DNA of 60,631 nt, filler included, from Basidiobolus ranarum (Eukaryota): the NCBI GenBank assembly GCA_040143965.1. It is 10 parts of 10 records of this genome, joined end to end, with 100 filler letters (N's around TTAATTAATTAA, not from the genome) between each part and the next. Parts side by side here need not be neighbours in the genome. Positions count along the whole stretch, not along the records: positions 30,425 to 36,390 come from JASJQH010001450.1; positions 36,491 to 42,454 come from JASJQH010001451.1; positions 42,555 to 48,515 come from JASJQH010001452.1; 7 more parts are not named here. One strand, 5' to 3'. Position 1 is the stretch's first letter. Each line of letters starts with the position of its first letter. Both the position numbers and the translations under genes were made by a program. Positions 34,878 to 46,233 of this stretch are shown here, piece by piece. Under the pieces are notes generated by a model, which was not told where the DNA came from, did no database searches, and saw only the letters and a program-made list of their open reading frames with translations.

Positions 34878-36490
34878 TTGTAGTTTTGAAGATAATGATT
34901 CTTGATTTGTAGACTTCACTAACTTCAATATACCAGACTATATAAACGATTACGTATCATCGTGAGGTATCTTCTGGATAATGACTGCGTAAAGCTGAGG
35001 TGTGACGCACATCGCAAAATGACATCATCGCAATGTGGGTTAGGGTGTATAAAGCCAAGCCCAGCTTGAAATTTTTTTTCCATTCAACTAGCTACCAATT
35101 GATGACCTTGGTTTCATCGGTGCATGCCATCAGTGAAGCTTATTTAGGTTTTGGAGAATTTTTGTTGATTAAAGTTTATATCGAATATGTTTTATAATCG
35201 TGATTGTGCATGTGCAAGAAATCACTGATAGACTCTATGAACTGAAAAATATGACAGAGTAGGCATACTTAAAGATCAATTGACGCATATTATTGAGAAT
35301 ACTATCACCAAACTAACTCAACTCATAAATGCGTGCTACCCAAGCCCAGAGATAATTGAATCTCCAATTTGAATAATGTCAAGGGTTAGAGCTTAAGGTA
35401 AGCCAATACTTTGTAAACATCAAGGGGAATAAATGGCATTTGCGGCTAGGCCAACTTGCCATCACCAAGAGAATATAAAGACACTCTAGTGTTATCACTT
35501 TGTTCACATCAAGACTATATCGAATTCCCACTTGCATCGATTAACTTGATTCAAGGCTGATGATGTGCTTCGTGACACAAATCTAAGCTCTAGTGTTGAT
35601 TATTTCCACCTTTGGCTCATTTTAGTCATCCATATTCTTATGTTACAGCTTAGATAGCAGACACATGATTTCCATACGCACTCATACCCGTACCCGTTAC
35701 CCAACCCATGAGTTCAATTAATCCCCACCTGCCCCCTATACTAAATTCTGAATAATTTCGAATTCCAAACTTTGTCACGTTCCTGGTAGATAGGGGTATG
35801 GAGTTCTAGACTCTTACTGATTCAAGTCTGAGAATTGTGGCTGATTTTCCCGCTCTTAATTACTGTCGGTAAATACGGCACCCACATCCTTGCCGGAGTT
35901 TTAATGGCCGTAGGATTGGTGTTTGGATGCTGTTCTGTAACAAATAGTCTTGAGACCATCATGAGCTGGTTATTTGGAGTTAGACTCGAACTGAAAGTAA
36001 TCCAATCATCTCATGTCTAGCAGTGCTCATGCTCAGGAGCTAAGAGCGTTCAGTAGTCGAGTCTTTACGGTATTAGTATTGGTGTTGGTGTATATTGATT
36101 ACATTACAAATGAACACAAGATTGCTCCAGATGTTACCATCTATTGGAGAATAATCGAGATCAAACGTTCAGGCTGGCGATTTACTGATGGAGCTTGAAT
36201 GATCTTTGTTTTCGCCAGGTTTCCAGCTTAACCCTAAGATAGAAGCCATTGCATCTGCTAAATCCAATGGTGACCGTGATCTTCCCATATGTGCTTCTAC
36301 TATTTGTGGATATCAATAAATGACTTCAGCTTCGTGTTGGTCCAATTTCAATATCGCCAAAATGGAAGTAGGAGAAGAAATATGAACTTTNNNNNNNNNN
36401 NNNNNNNNNNNNNNNNNNNNNNNNNNNNNNNNNNTTAATTAATTAANNNNNNNNNNNNNNNNNNNNNNNNNNNNNNNNNNNNNNNNNNNN

Positions 36491-36903
36491 ATTAGCTGTT
36501 TGGGGGAACTTTAGAAAAGTGGAGTTGTGAAGAGCTATGTGACATAATTATTTATTGTCCAGAAATGAATCATATATACATTTGGGGTGGAAATACAGAA
36601 AACTAACACTGGGGTTGTGTTCAGAGCATCTGTGGGAGTAAAATGAGCTATCTTTGGGGCAATTTGGATGAGTTTGAAATCCTCAATATGGAATTGCTAA
36701 ATTTCATATTATTCACATATATATATATAATATGTTCTGATTTGCAGTTAAGTGATATTTGACTAAGTGATCTTAAGTAACTTATATGTGGTATATGAAA
36801 TAGTTAGGTATATAAAGATAGAGATGACTAATATGATAAAGACAATAAGCTTCAACAATGATGCTAGAGATAACAAATATGATAAAGATAATAAACTTCA
36901 ACA
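36491..36903. mobile_element. LTR family B copy (36491-36857) plus a short duplicated terminal piece (36866-36903), abutting copia RT sequence
   Basis: Homologous to 37500-37879; ends in CTTCAACA twice. Confidence 0.8.
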
Positions 36904-38492
36904 GAAACTACCAAAATATCAACTATATGCCTGTCCAGATATATCCTAGATATGCTTAAAAAGAATAAAATGGAAGAATGTAACCCAATATCTACTGTAA
37001 AGGAGACATATCCTGGCTTGATCAAAAATAGCTCACAGTAGATTTTCTTGGATTCAAATAAAAGCCAGAGATTTCCTTATCAGGTTATAGTTAGTAGTGT
37101 CCTGTATATTTTGGCTGGAACATGGCCAGATATTGCATAATCTGTGGGAGTTATGTGCCAATATCTTCAAAGTTATGGATCTGATCAAATCACAGCAGTT
37201 AAGTAGATTTTTAGATATTTGAAAGTGACCATGGATATTTGCTTAAAATACACATGTTTGGGATCAAGCCTTGATCTGATGTGATATTTGGATGCAAATT
37301 GGGGAAGAGATATTGAAGACAGGTGATCTACAACAGGATACTTAATTCTTTGCTATAATGGAGCTACTTCATGCAATTCCAAGAAACAACTTACCAAAGC
37401 ACTTTCTACATCAGAAGCAGAATACATGGCAGCTTGCAAAGCGGCAAAAGAAGCAATATGGTTAAGGAAACTCTTAACTGATTTGGGCTAATTACAAAAT
37501 ATTGGGAAAATATGGGCTATTTGGAGGAACATTAGAAAAGTGGAGTTGTGAATAGATTTGTGAGATAATTATTTATTGTCCAGAAATAAAGCACTTATAC
37601 ATTTTTTTGGAAATACAGAAAACTAACACTAGGGTTGTGTTCAGAACATCTGTGGGAGTAAAATGGGTTATTTTTGGGGCAATTTGGACAAGTTTGAAAT
37701 TTCCAATATGGGATTGCTACTTCTCACATTATTCACATATATATATATAATATATGTTCTGATTTGCAGCTAGGTGATATTTGACTAAGTAATGTTAACT
37801 AACTTATATATGATATATGAAATAGTTAGGTGAATAAAGATAGAGATAACAAATATGATAAAGACAATAAACTTCAACACAAATTCACTAACTACAATAT
37901 TTTAAGCTCATCAAAGTTGTATCAAATTAGTTTGATATCCCATGTTTCATACTGGAGGCAAACATATAGATATTAGACATCATTTCATTTGAGAGACTAT
38001 AGAGACTAAGCTTATTGACTTAACCTGTTGTTCCACCAAAGATATGATTGCTGATATATTAACTAAACCTGTAGCTAGACAGAAATTTGAGAAATTTAGA
38101 CCTCTATTAAAATTGGATAGTAGTACTATTTAGCTGCGGGAGAGTGTCAAAATTAGCATTACCCAAGCACCTATATAGCCATATATGGCTTAGTATTCAG
38201 TTTTCTTATACTTCACTAAGATATTACCCATAATTCTCAATTGGAACATACCTAGAATATTTTTACCAACTTAGACGTTCTCAGTTACGTAGATTTTTCA
38301 AACTTATGCTAGAGGTGCTAAACTTTGCACACATGTTCTGGAGACCTTTCTTAACACATAATACATTTTAATTTGCTTATATATTGACAAAAGTATAATT
38401 GTCAACTTTCTACTCAATGCAGCAGTAAGTGAAAACCATCAATTTCTCTAATTCTCCAAGCCACTTGCAACAAGCTCCCATATACTTTAACA
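36904..38492 (+). mobile_element. Decayed Ty1/copia retrotransposon 3' part: RT C-terminus, RNase H, PPT and 3' LTR (family A, 38145-38492)
   Basis: PYQVIVSSVLY..TWPDIA, YLDANWG, STTGY, SKKQ..ALSTSEAEYMA, KHIDIRHHFI and DMIADILTKP, with several stops; GCGGGAGAG PPT then TGTCAAAATTAG...TACTTTAACA. Confidence 0.95.
37500..37879. mobile_element. Solo LTR (family B) inserted in the copia RNase H
   Basis: TATTGGG (likely from TGTTGGG)...CTTCAACA, flanked by CAAAA/CAAAT (5-bp TSD, 4/5 match); RNase H coding sequence resumes after it. Confidence 0.85.
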
Positions 38493-38512
38493 AGATAGGT
38501 GTTTAATTACCT

Positions 38513-38624
38513 ATTGACAAAACTGTAAATATCATCCTTTCACTCAATCAATCAATGTGTGAAAGCCACTAATTCTTATAGTTCTCCAAACCACTTCCAA
38601 CATGTCTCCCATAATACCTCAACA
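38513..38624 (+). mobile_element. Partial extra copy of the LTR family A terminus
   Basis: attgacaaaa...ttctccaaaccacttccaaca...cctcaaca, homologous to about 38383-38492. Confidence 0.75.
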
Positions 38625-40879
38625 CACAAAAATTGTATCATAGATACAGAAATAGAAAACTGATCCCAGGATACTAAGCTGATAGGTAACATATCAAAAT
38701 GTTGCTGCACCTTAAGGAAAATAAAGCTTGTCTATTTCAATTTATACTTCTGATCTCAAGTTTTTCACTGCTATCTGAAATTCTGAATGATTAGAGAAAA
38801 AAATTACTTTAGGAGTCACTTGGGCTCAATAGAGGCTATGTGACAAATCTAAAGTTTATACATGTAGAGAATGCAGAGGTATTACGATTTGAAGGATGCG
38901 TTGAAAAAGTGAATCAGTTATGCGCACTAGTGTATATTACCAGTAATATGACTATGCGAAGGATCATATCCCTCAAACCTTCATCTTTCTTTTTTTACGT
39001 GGATAAAGAATCACCCTAAACTAGGAGGACTGTGACTCCGGGATAACTTCTTTTCATTCTTACTAATACAAGAACATCCATTATTACCTTTTAGGATATT
39101 TTGAGTATCCATGATTTCCAAATCTCATGAAGATATATCGAAAAGCACGGTAGTGTTTGGTTCAAACCATATATGTGACGTAGTTTGGTTGACTTGGAAA
39201 ATCAACATTGAACTCAACATTTGAATTCTTCTTTTGATGCACTGCCGGCATTGCTAGATATATAAAGGATAATCAACTTGGCTAATCTGCCATATTTCTA
39301 CTGAAACTTAGCAAATTCGTCCAAGTCTAGAATTGACTGGTATGCTTGTTGCGATACAGCCAGAAGTGAGTGAGTATTGAATGTGCTGATATACCAAATC
39401 AGAAGGTCCATATACCCAATTCGGATTGCTTCCCATTGGTAAATATTGCTTAAGGTTATGTATATATATTACCTACCTAAATATACTTTTCACTCTATCG
39501 GAATACTTGAATATCCAATCCCGATCTGCAGTAGATGCGAATAGAACACAGGTGGTGGTGTTTTCCATCGTGTATACTTGATTTGTCAGGTCCCATAACT
39601 GCATAAACCATTTTGATGACTTCATGTTAATTTCGGCAAGTAACGGAAGATGGAGGATTTAGAATTCAGAATTCAGAAAAAATCAACCGTGATTGAACAT
39701 CATATTCATTGAGGAATTATCCCCCAATCTCCTGCATTTCTGGAGAAACTGCATTGCTTGTACTTTTATTACTTTCCCTAAATCTTGCTACAATTACACA
39801 GCTGCAAGTGATTGGACTGGCGAGAGTTCCAACTACAGATTATTAGTGTCCTGTGAGCGACTTTAGGAGTGGTTGATGTTAGGAGCCATACGTATATGAA
39901 ATTTTATGATTTATCCATTTTCCCGACATGTGTACGACTGGTGAGCATCTACAGCGCCAAGTCAAAACTGAGACTTCCAGGATTGGTTCATGAGTTAGCC
40001 AAGTAATAATAAATATCCGATTCAGCGTGTATCGAATTAAGCTGGTTGTGTATCTCCTATTGTAACGCTAACCTCAACATTGAGCTACCCACCAATGCTT
40101 AATCTTTAACTTTCCTGATTGTCATCTTGTCCAAGCAGGGGTAGGAAAAAACAATTAGGTATGAACGAGATAGTGTTACGCAGGTTGATGGCAATCCGCC
40201 TGGGAGAATGCGAGTGATGAAATCACAAGCCTATCTCAGCACATATTCGTAAAAGTAAATCTAGTTTGGAAAGCTAAAAATCTTAAAAATATGGATTTGT
40301 AATGTTATTTTCATAAAACAATGGGGCTTGTATATGAATTCATGACCAACTTTTTGCGAATATGATTTCACTATTTCCGATCAATGGGGATAAACGAGCG
40401 AAAATACTAGTTTGAAGTTTAATCAATATTTAAGCAAACTATCCAACTTTTCTCTGATTGAATGCGACCTTTCATAATCGATTGACGGTTTATGTTCATG
40501 CTTAGGATTGTGAAAGGCAACAAGGCTGTCTCCACCATATACTCTACACGCATAGCCAAGTTGGGTAGCATGATTGAAAAGATCCAAAAGTAACAAGCTG
40601 TTACGTTACAAAGCCAATAGTAGCGCAAATATTTCATCGTGTAGCCATCGGCTAAGTGGCGATATGATTTAACAATGTCATATCATGTCTACAAATGATG
40701 TATCGCGTGCGATCGATGCTCATCGAAAGATGTGTGTACTAGCAAGTCAACATCATAATATAAGAGCAGGGGTGTCTCATGTATTATGTACCCAAGTTTC
40801 TATTTTTCATGTAAAACCGTATGTCTACAGCAGAGATGGCAACTCTATTGAAGACAAAGATTACTATTCTGGAATTATA

Positions 40880-41400
40880 AAACCGTAAGTAAGACCCAGA
40901 TGCCGCGCCAAAGATGATCCCCTATTTTAAAGCGGAACAAATGATATACTCGACAGCCCATTACTATAACCATGATCGGGTTCACAAAAAGGAAATAGTG
41001 GTACAAAGCGATGTAGTGTACGTTCAGATGGCTTGAGAGTTGAGGAACTACGAGGCCTCTGATTAGCCTATTCCTATCATGGGTGGAGGTGGCCTATCCT
41101 GGAAAAGGCCAATCATTGACGTGAAAACTTACTCTAGCTTGTGATACATATCCGATATTGAGATGCTCAGTCATCTAATTGGAGAGAACCAAGAAACTTC
41201 ATCATGCTACGTCATTTGCAATCAAATAAAGATTCCAACGACGTAATGATGAGGTAATGTCGACATGTCAGGGCTATGTCCTTCAAAACCGCTGTTCATG
41301 GCTGATGCCCCAGTGTTCATGTAATGTGGTCAATTCTATATGGATGATCCCCAAACTTCCCTGCTGAAAGCTAGACATTGTATCAAACGTCCACTTAATG
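40880..41400 (+). mobile_element. Probable decayed non-LTR reverse transcriptase remnant
   Basis: IGF (cf. QxGF), LEKA (41099), QG (41269), PLF (41289) and FYMDD (41334-41348) in canonical RT order; PLF and YMDD are in the same frame. Confidence 0.45.
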
Positions 41401-42554
41401 CAGTTCTACTTGGATACAACTCCTCTCAAGTTGTAGTGCCAGAGGAGATTGCTACCTACACTTGGTGCAAACACCATTAGATTTATAATTAGCTTGCAAA
41501 TTGCCTCGTCATCAGTCTATATTTTAATATACAATACCTAATCACTCACCATCTGACTCATTGAATTACACGTGGTTTACGGAATGAATTCATGAGATGG
41601 CTGTAGTTCTAAATCTCTGAAAGGTTCATTGTATTCCCGATTTGGGCATTTCCATCAAGAATTCTACTTACACGCGGGTCAAAATTGTTTGTACATTCAT
41701 TTGTATCACCATGAAAATAATTAGCCCATTACTGGCCTCAGGCTATATAAGCTTAGTATAGGCCATACTTCATTGTGTGATTCATTAAAATTTGATTACT
41801 ACGATAGTTGAGGCATCTGTGTCGCGCCCATACACATTTTTACCGTTATATCACCCACCTTCCCACCACAAACAGTTTTTTCTACACCACCTGATGATTG
41901 GTATAATATTCCTTTGTTTAATACCTGTGGTAGGTATGCTCTCAGTGCTGTTCGTTCAATTATCTCTGGCACAATCGCATCATCCTACAATGCTGAAAGC
42001 CAACCAGGAACGCTCTGAATTAAGTCGTGGGCATCCTTTGGTGTGGTGTAATCAAGATAGTCCTGCTACTTGGTTACGTCGACGCAAGTCTTCAAAGTCC
42101 TAACCTGCTCACATGCTCTAAATCTATACTCCAAAATCCTACAACGCAACTGTAAATAATTCAAAGTTTTGATGCTTAAAGCCCGCGCCGATATATATTC
42201 GTTATATAATTCCTATCCTAGCATTGTGATCGTTAATGATAGAGTTTAGCTGAGAACCTCTCCGAATCTTCCTAGAAACTCCCTCCAACACCCGCCCCAA
42301 CCGCTTGGTGCATGTGTGATGTAAATCAAGAAAAGCAACCATCATTTGGCTCATCTCCGCACGAGAGTCTTCCAATATAATCTTCTCACCAAGTAATCCA
42401 TAAAATCCTATTTTATTACGATGTTTAATTAACTGCTATGAGGCAAATGTCCCCNNNNNNNNNNNNNNNNNNNNNNNNNNNNNNNNNNNNNNNNNNNNTT
42501 AATTAATTAANNNNNNNNNNNNNNNNNNNNNNNNNNNNNNNNNNNNNNNNNNNN

Positions 42555-42809
42555 AGGAATCCCAGTCAGTACTCCAGCACCAACACCATCACTGACATCA
42601 GCACAAACCGCACCTCATTGCCGCATGATACACAAGACGGTCTTACCATCTTTGAGGCTATTGTGACTGGCAATGCCGTTGATCTGGACCATGAAACCAA
42701 CACCACAGCCATCCTTCTCAAAATCAGGGTTGTATAAGCCTTTAGCCTCTGGAATAGCGCCAGCCCAAGAGGTATTGTTGGTAGCAGTGGTGCCAAAAGA
42801 AGCGGACAT
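42555..42809 (-). CDS. GLT1: NADH-glutamate synthase N-terminus; truncated by the contig edge, with an apparent in-frame TGA
   Basis: SWAGAIPEAKGLYNPDFEKDGCGVGF...SH...MRQ*GAVCADVSDGVGAGVLTGIP matches the GLT1 start (CGVGF; HRGAVGADxxDGDGAG). Confidence 0.9.
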
Positions 42810-45800
42810 ACTGGCAGGATGGGATATTTATGCGGATGTGGTGAGAAACACGCGTGGTACCAAAGTAAACAAAATAACAGTATTTAGGTAATGCCACAGT
42901 TATTACAATATGAAGGAAATTGGGAAGGATTCAAGGATTGACGTGTAAGGCAGCATGAGGTCCTTTTTATACTTTGGTTTATCTAGCCAAAATCAGGATT
43001 CAGCTCTACAAATTCTAGATAAGCAACTTTGAATGACCGATTATAATACATTCAATAGAGTATATATGCAACACTCGGCCTAGCGATGTGGCTTGATAAC
43101 CTAAATACGAGAGCATTATTGTGTGGATGGTTTCAAACCGGTACGGATGTAGGGGAGTTTGATTCAAGGATTTCTTCGTGGAGAGAATCATAAATAAGAG
43201 ACTCTATATGGAGAGAAAATTAGGATTACGATAAAGATACGCTGCGTCGGATCTCAACTCACAGTAACCATGGGATGGAAAGGTTTGGAAGTCACATGAC
43301 CTTCCGAAACGGTAGTTATGGTGTTTAACCGGATAAAGCGTACCATGAATAGGGCTTGGAATTCAGGTGTTTAGCTCAATAGAAATATGGATATGAAGTA
43401 CACCATTTGCATGAAACGGACTGGTTGGGGCAGCTATATATGGCAGTACACTTATTTCTCCAGGTTTATATTCTTCCACAAGTATAAATGGGTCTCATCT
43501 GATTCAAATAACATGTGGATTACTCACACCCTGCGGTGATATTCCGGGCAACAAACTGAAATCTTGCGATAATCAATTGAACACTTGAATATCACAAAGG
43601 AAATAGGGTTTCCAAGCTCCCATAAGCCTTGTGTCACCTGTTGGAATTTCTCCTAAACAAAGTCCTCTCTGATTGATTGAACATTAGAAGTGGACAAGGG
43701 TTAGAAAAACAGAGCAAGAACGATGTAGCTGATACGGTTTAATGATATAACGATCATGATTAGAATGCAGATCACGCCTGAACAGGCAGGCCACAGCAGC
43801 GACACTGGTCCGAGGTGGAAAGAGCAAACGCAGTGGATTCAGGACCAGTTTATAATGGAGCACATGAGCATATGCACCCTCGAGTTTACCAACTACTAAT
43901 AAGACTCTATTTCAAATTCGCATTGTACCATTTCACATGACTGTTCTCTAACGGACAAGAAACTCACTGATGACTTGCTGAATTTGCATTATCAATTCCG
44001 ATCATTATCTAGAATATCGTCGTTTCTCTTGACCCCGTGGTCGTATTTGTTAGCAAGTATGGATAGTATTTCGTCATCCACCACTCTCCCCACCCCTTTT
44101 TAGGATTCCTAAACATTATTGCAACGCAGTGGTAGGGCCGAAATGACCATATTTCATATAATTGCAGAAATCGCATGTGCATTTGACTTCATAATGACTC
44201 TCACCACTTAACGTTGACATCATGTCATGAAGAAAGCAATCGGCTTTGTAGAGCTGACCACAAATTTTGGAGTGGTGGGAGTTCTCTTCCGCTACCCGTG
44301 CAATCCCCCTGCTTTCGTAGCTAGCAATATATATCTGTCGGCTGTTAATGTCTACTATTGAGTCAGAACCTCTCCTGCGAAGCGTTGGGTATCGAATTCA
44401 GGGAAATACGTCTTTTCTTATCTTGCCATCTTTCCCCGCAAATAATCCATTTACCTGTCTCATTCTGCCCGGGGTCTTTTATCGGAATTTCCAGGTTCAG
44501 CACACTAGGATTATTAACTTGTTTCTTCCTAAATAAGGTTTTACCTTTACTCAAGAGAGATCAAGTTGGCAAGTATAAATTTGGCTTGTATACAATCATG
44601 AAACCACGTCATATGACCCCCCACGATTAGCTTCATTAGATTATTTAATGGGTCAGAATCCCAAATGAAGCCACTGACTACAATAACCTCAATTGCAGGT
44701 CTCTTGCTTGACTCGATTCCAAAGCTTACCAGTGGTACAATCCTCAGGGTTATTGGTGTCAGTTGGATTGATAGGGGTAATAATTAGTTGGCTGTTGGAT
44801 TACATTGGGGTATGAACTGGATTGGATCATACACTCCGAAGATCCACTTTTCACTGAAGACATTAGGTATTTGGATCTAACTCCAGCCACCGTAGCTGAG
44901 TTGAAGGTATATAAATCTTGGCAACTAGGTATACTGTGACTTCCTGATACTTTTGCTATTGAATCAGACTTCTGGTTGCAAAGGAATATCAAAGAAAGTC
45001 ATTTTTATGTACTTGGAGGTTAGATGATAGGAGCAATGTTGTAATCCTTGAATCATCCTACAGACCTGTATTAAATTCCAACCTATACCACCTGTATCTC
45101 CACTACCTACATGTTCGCTTTGTTTAGGAACAAATGTAAGGGAGCGTGTTACTACTCTTCTCACAAAAAATTTCATCTTGGACCAATATAAGCCCGTACT
45201 TGGCTAACCCATTGAAATATATGTCAGCTCATTAGGCACTATTGCCGTCGGTCGCAGTCAGCCTATAGCTTCTGATTTTATCTGACGACAGTTTACATGT
45301 TTAAGTAGTAGCACTGGGCCTTTGTATAAGTTGCAACATTTGGAGCCTTTATGACCGGAAACTTTTTTGTACGAATTCGTTCATGGAAAATAAAAAAGAT
45401 CCCTTGGAATTCTCACCTTCCACTAGGAGAGTACATTTTTGAATTGATATTTGTGTCTGTATGTTTTAAGCAAAGGTTTGGCATTTGATTCCCCGCGTTG
45501 TAAACAATTAAGTAATCTCTGAACTAGTATAGCGCTATAATGCTAGCTGACCAGCCTTCTTAGGATGGTATAATAAGGGAAGAGAGAGATATAAGTGATG
45601 AGCAGCATCACAGGCTTCGGAATGGTGCATCCCGCCCGAAAACGTTTAGGCCGTGCATATTTTTTGATGGCGATTATGTACGAAGATCTTACTAATCTCA
45701 GTGATACCAAGTATGTCTAGTGGAAGCAGAAACCTCATCGTCAAGATCTGATAGGAGCCAGAATATGTTACTCAATAGTGACTTTTGAAAAGGTTGTACT

Positions 45801-46233
45801 ACTAGAAACTGCGTGACTTTCAGCAGATGGTAGGAGCTTTATCCTTGCCCACTTGCACTGTACATTTATGGCTCGGTAGTACACAAGCACAGCTTAACTT
45901 GGATAGCAGTTCATTTTTAGTAACTGAATATCAGACTTGCACAAATCAATTGGCTACCAGGACTATCATCGAGACCTCTGATCCTAATTAGTACACCTAT
46001 CTCAATTTTGACAGGCCATTCCTTACTTGTTTACAGTAAATCGATTGGCTTTAACACTGGCAACTGTGCTGATAAACCATTGTTAAGCTGCATCATACCA
46101 AGAATAATCTCGAGATTGTTTTCGATAAAAGAACCAATCTAGCCGGTAGCCTATTCCGAGACATAAAATTTATAGGTTCACTATTTCTTCATTGCAACAC
46201 CTTTTTGGCTTAAGTACAAGTTCATCGTTCGCC

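Noticed and set aside
35680-35720. ACCCG-rich stretch resembling a hAT/MITE subterminal region
   Set aside because: No terminal inverted repeat partner or target duplication found.
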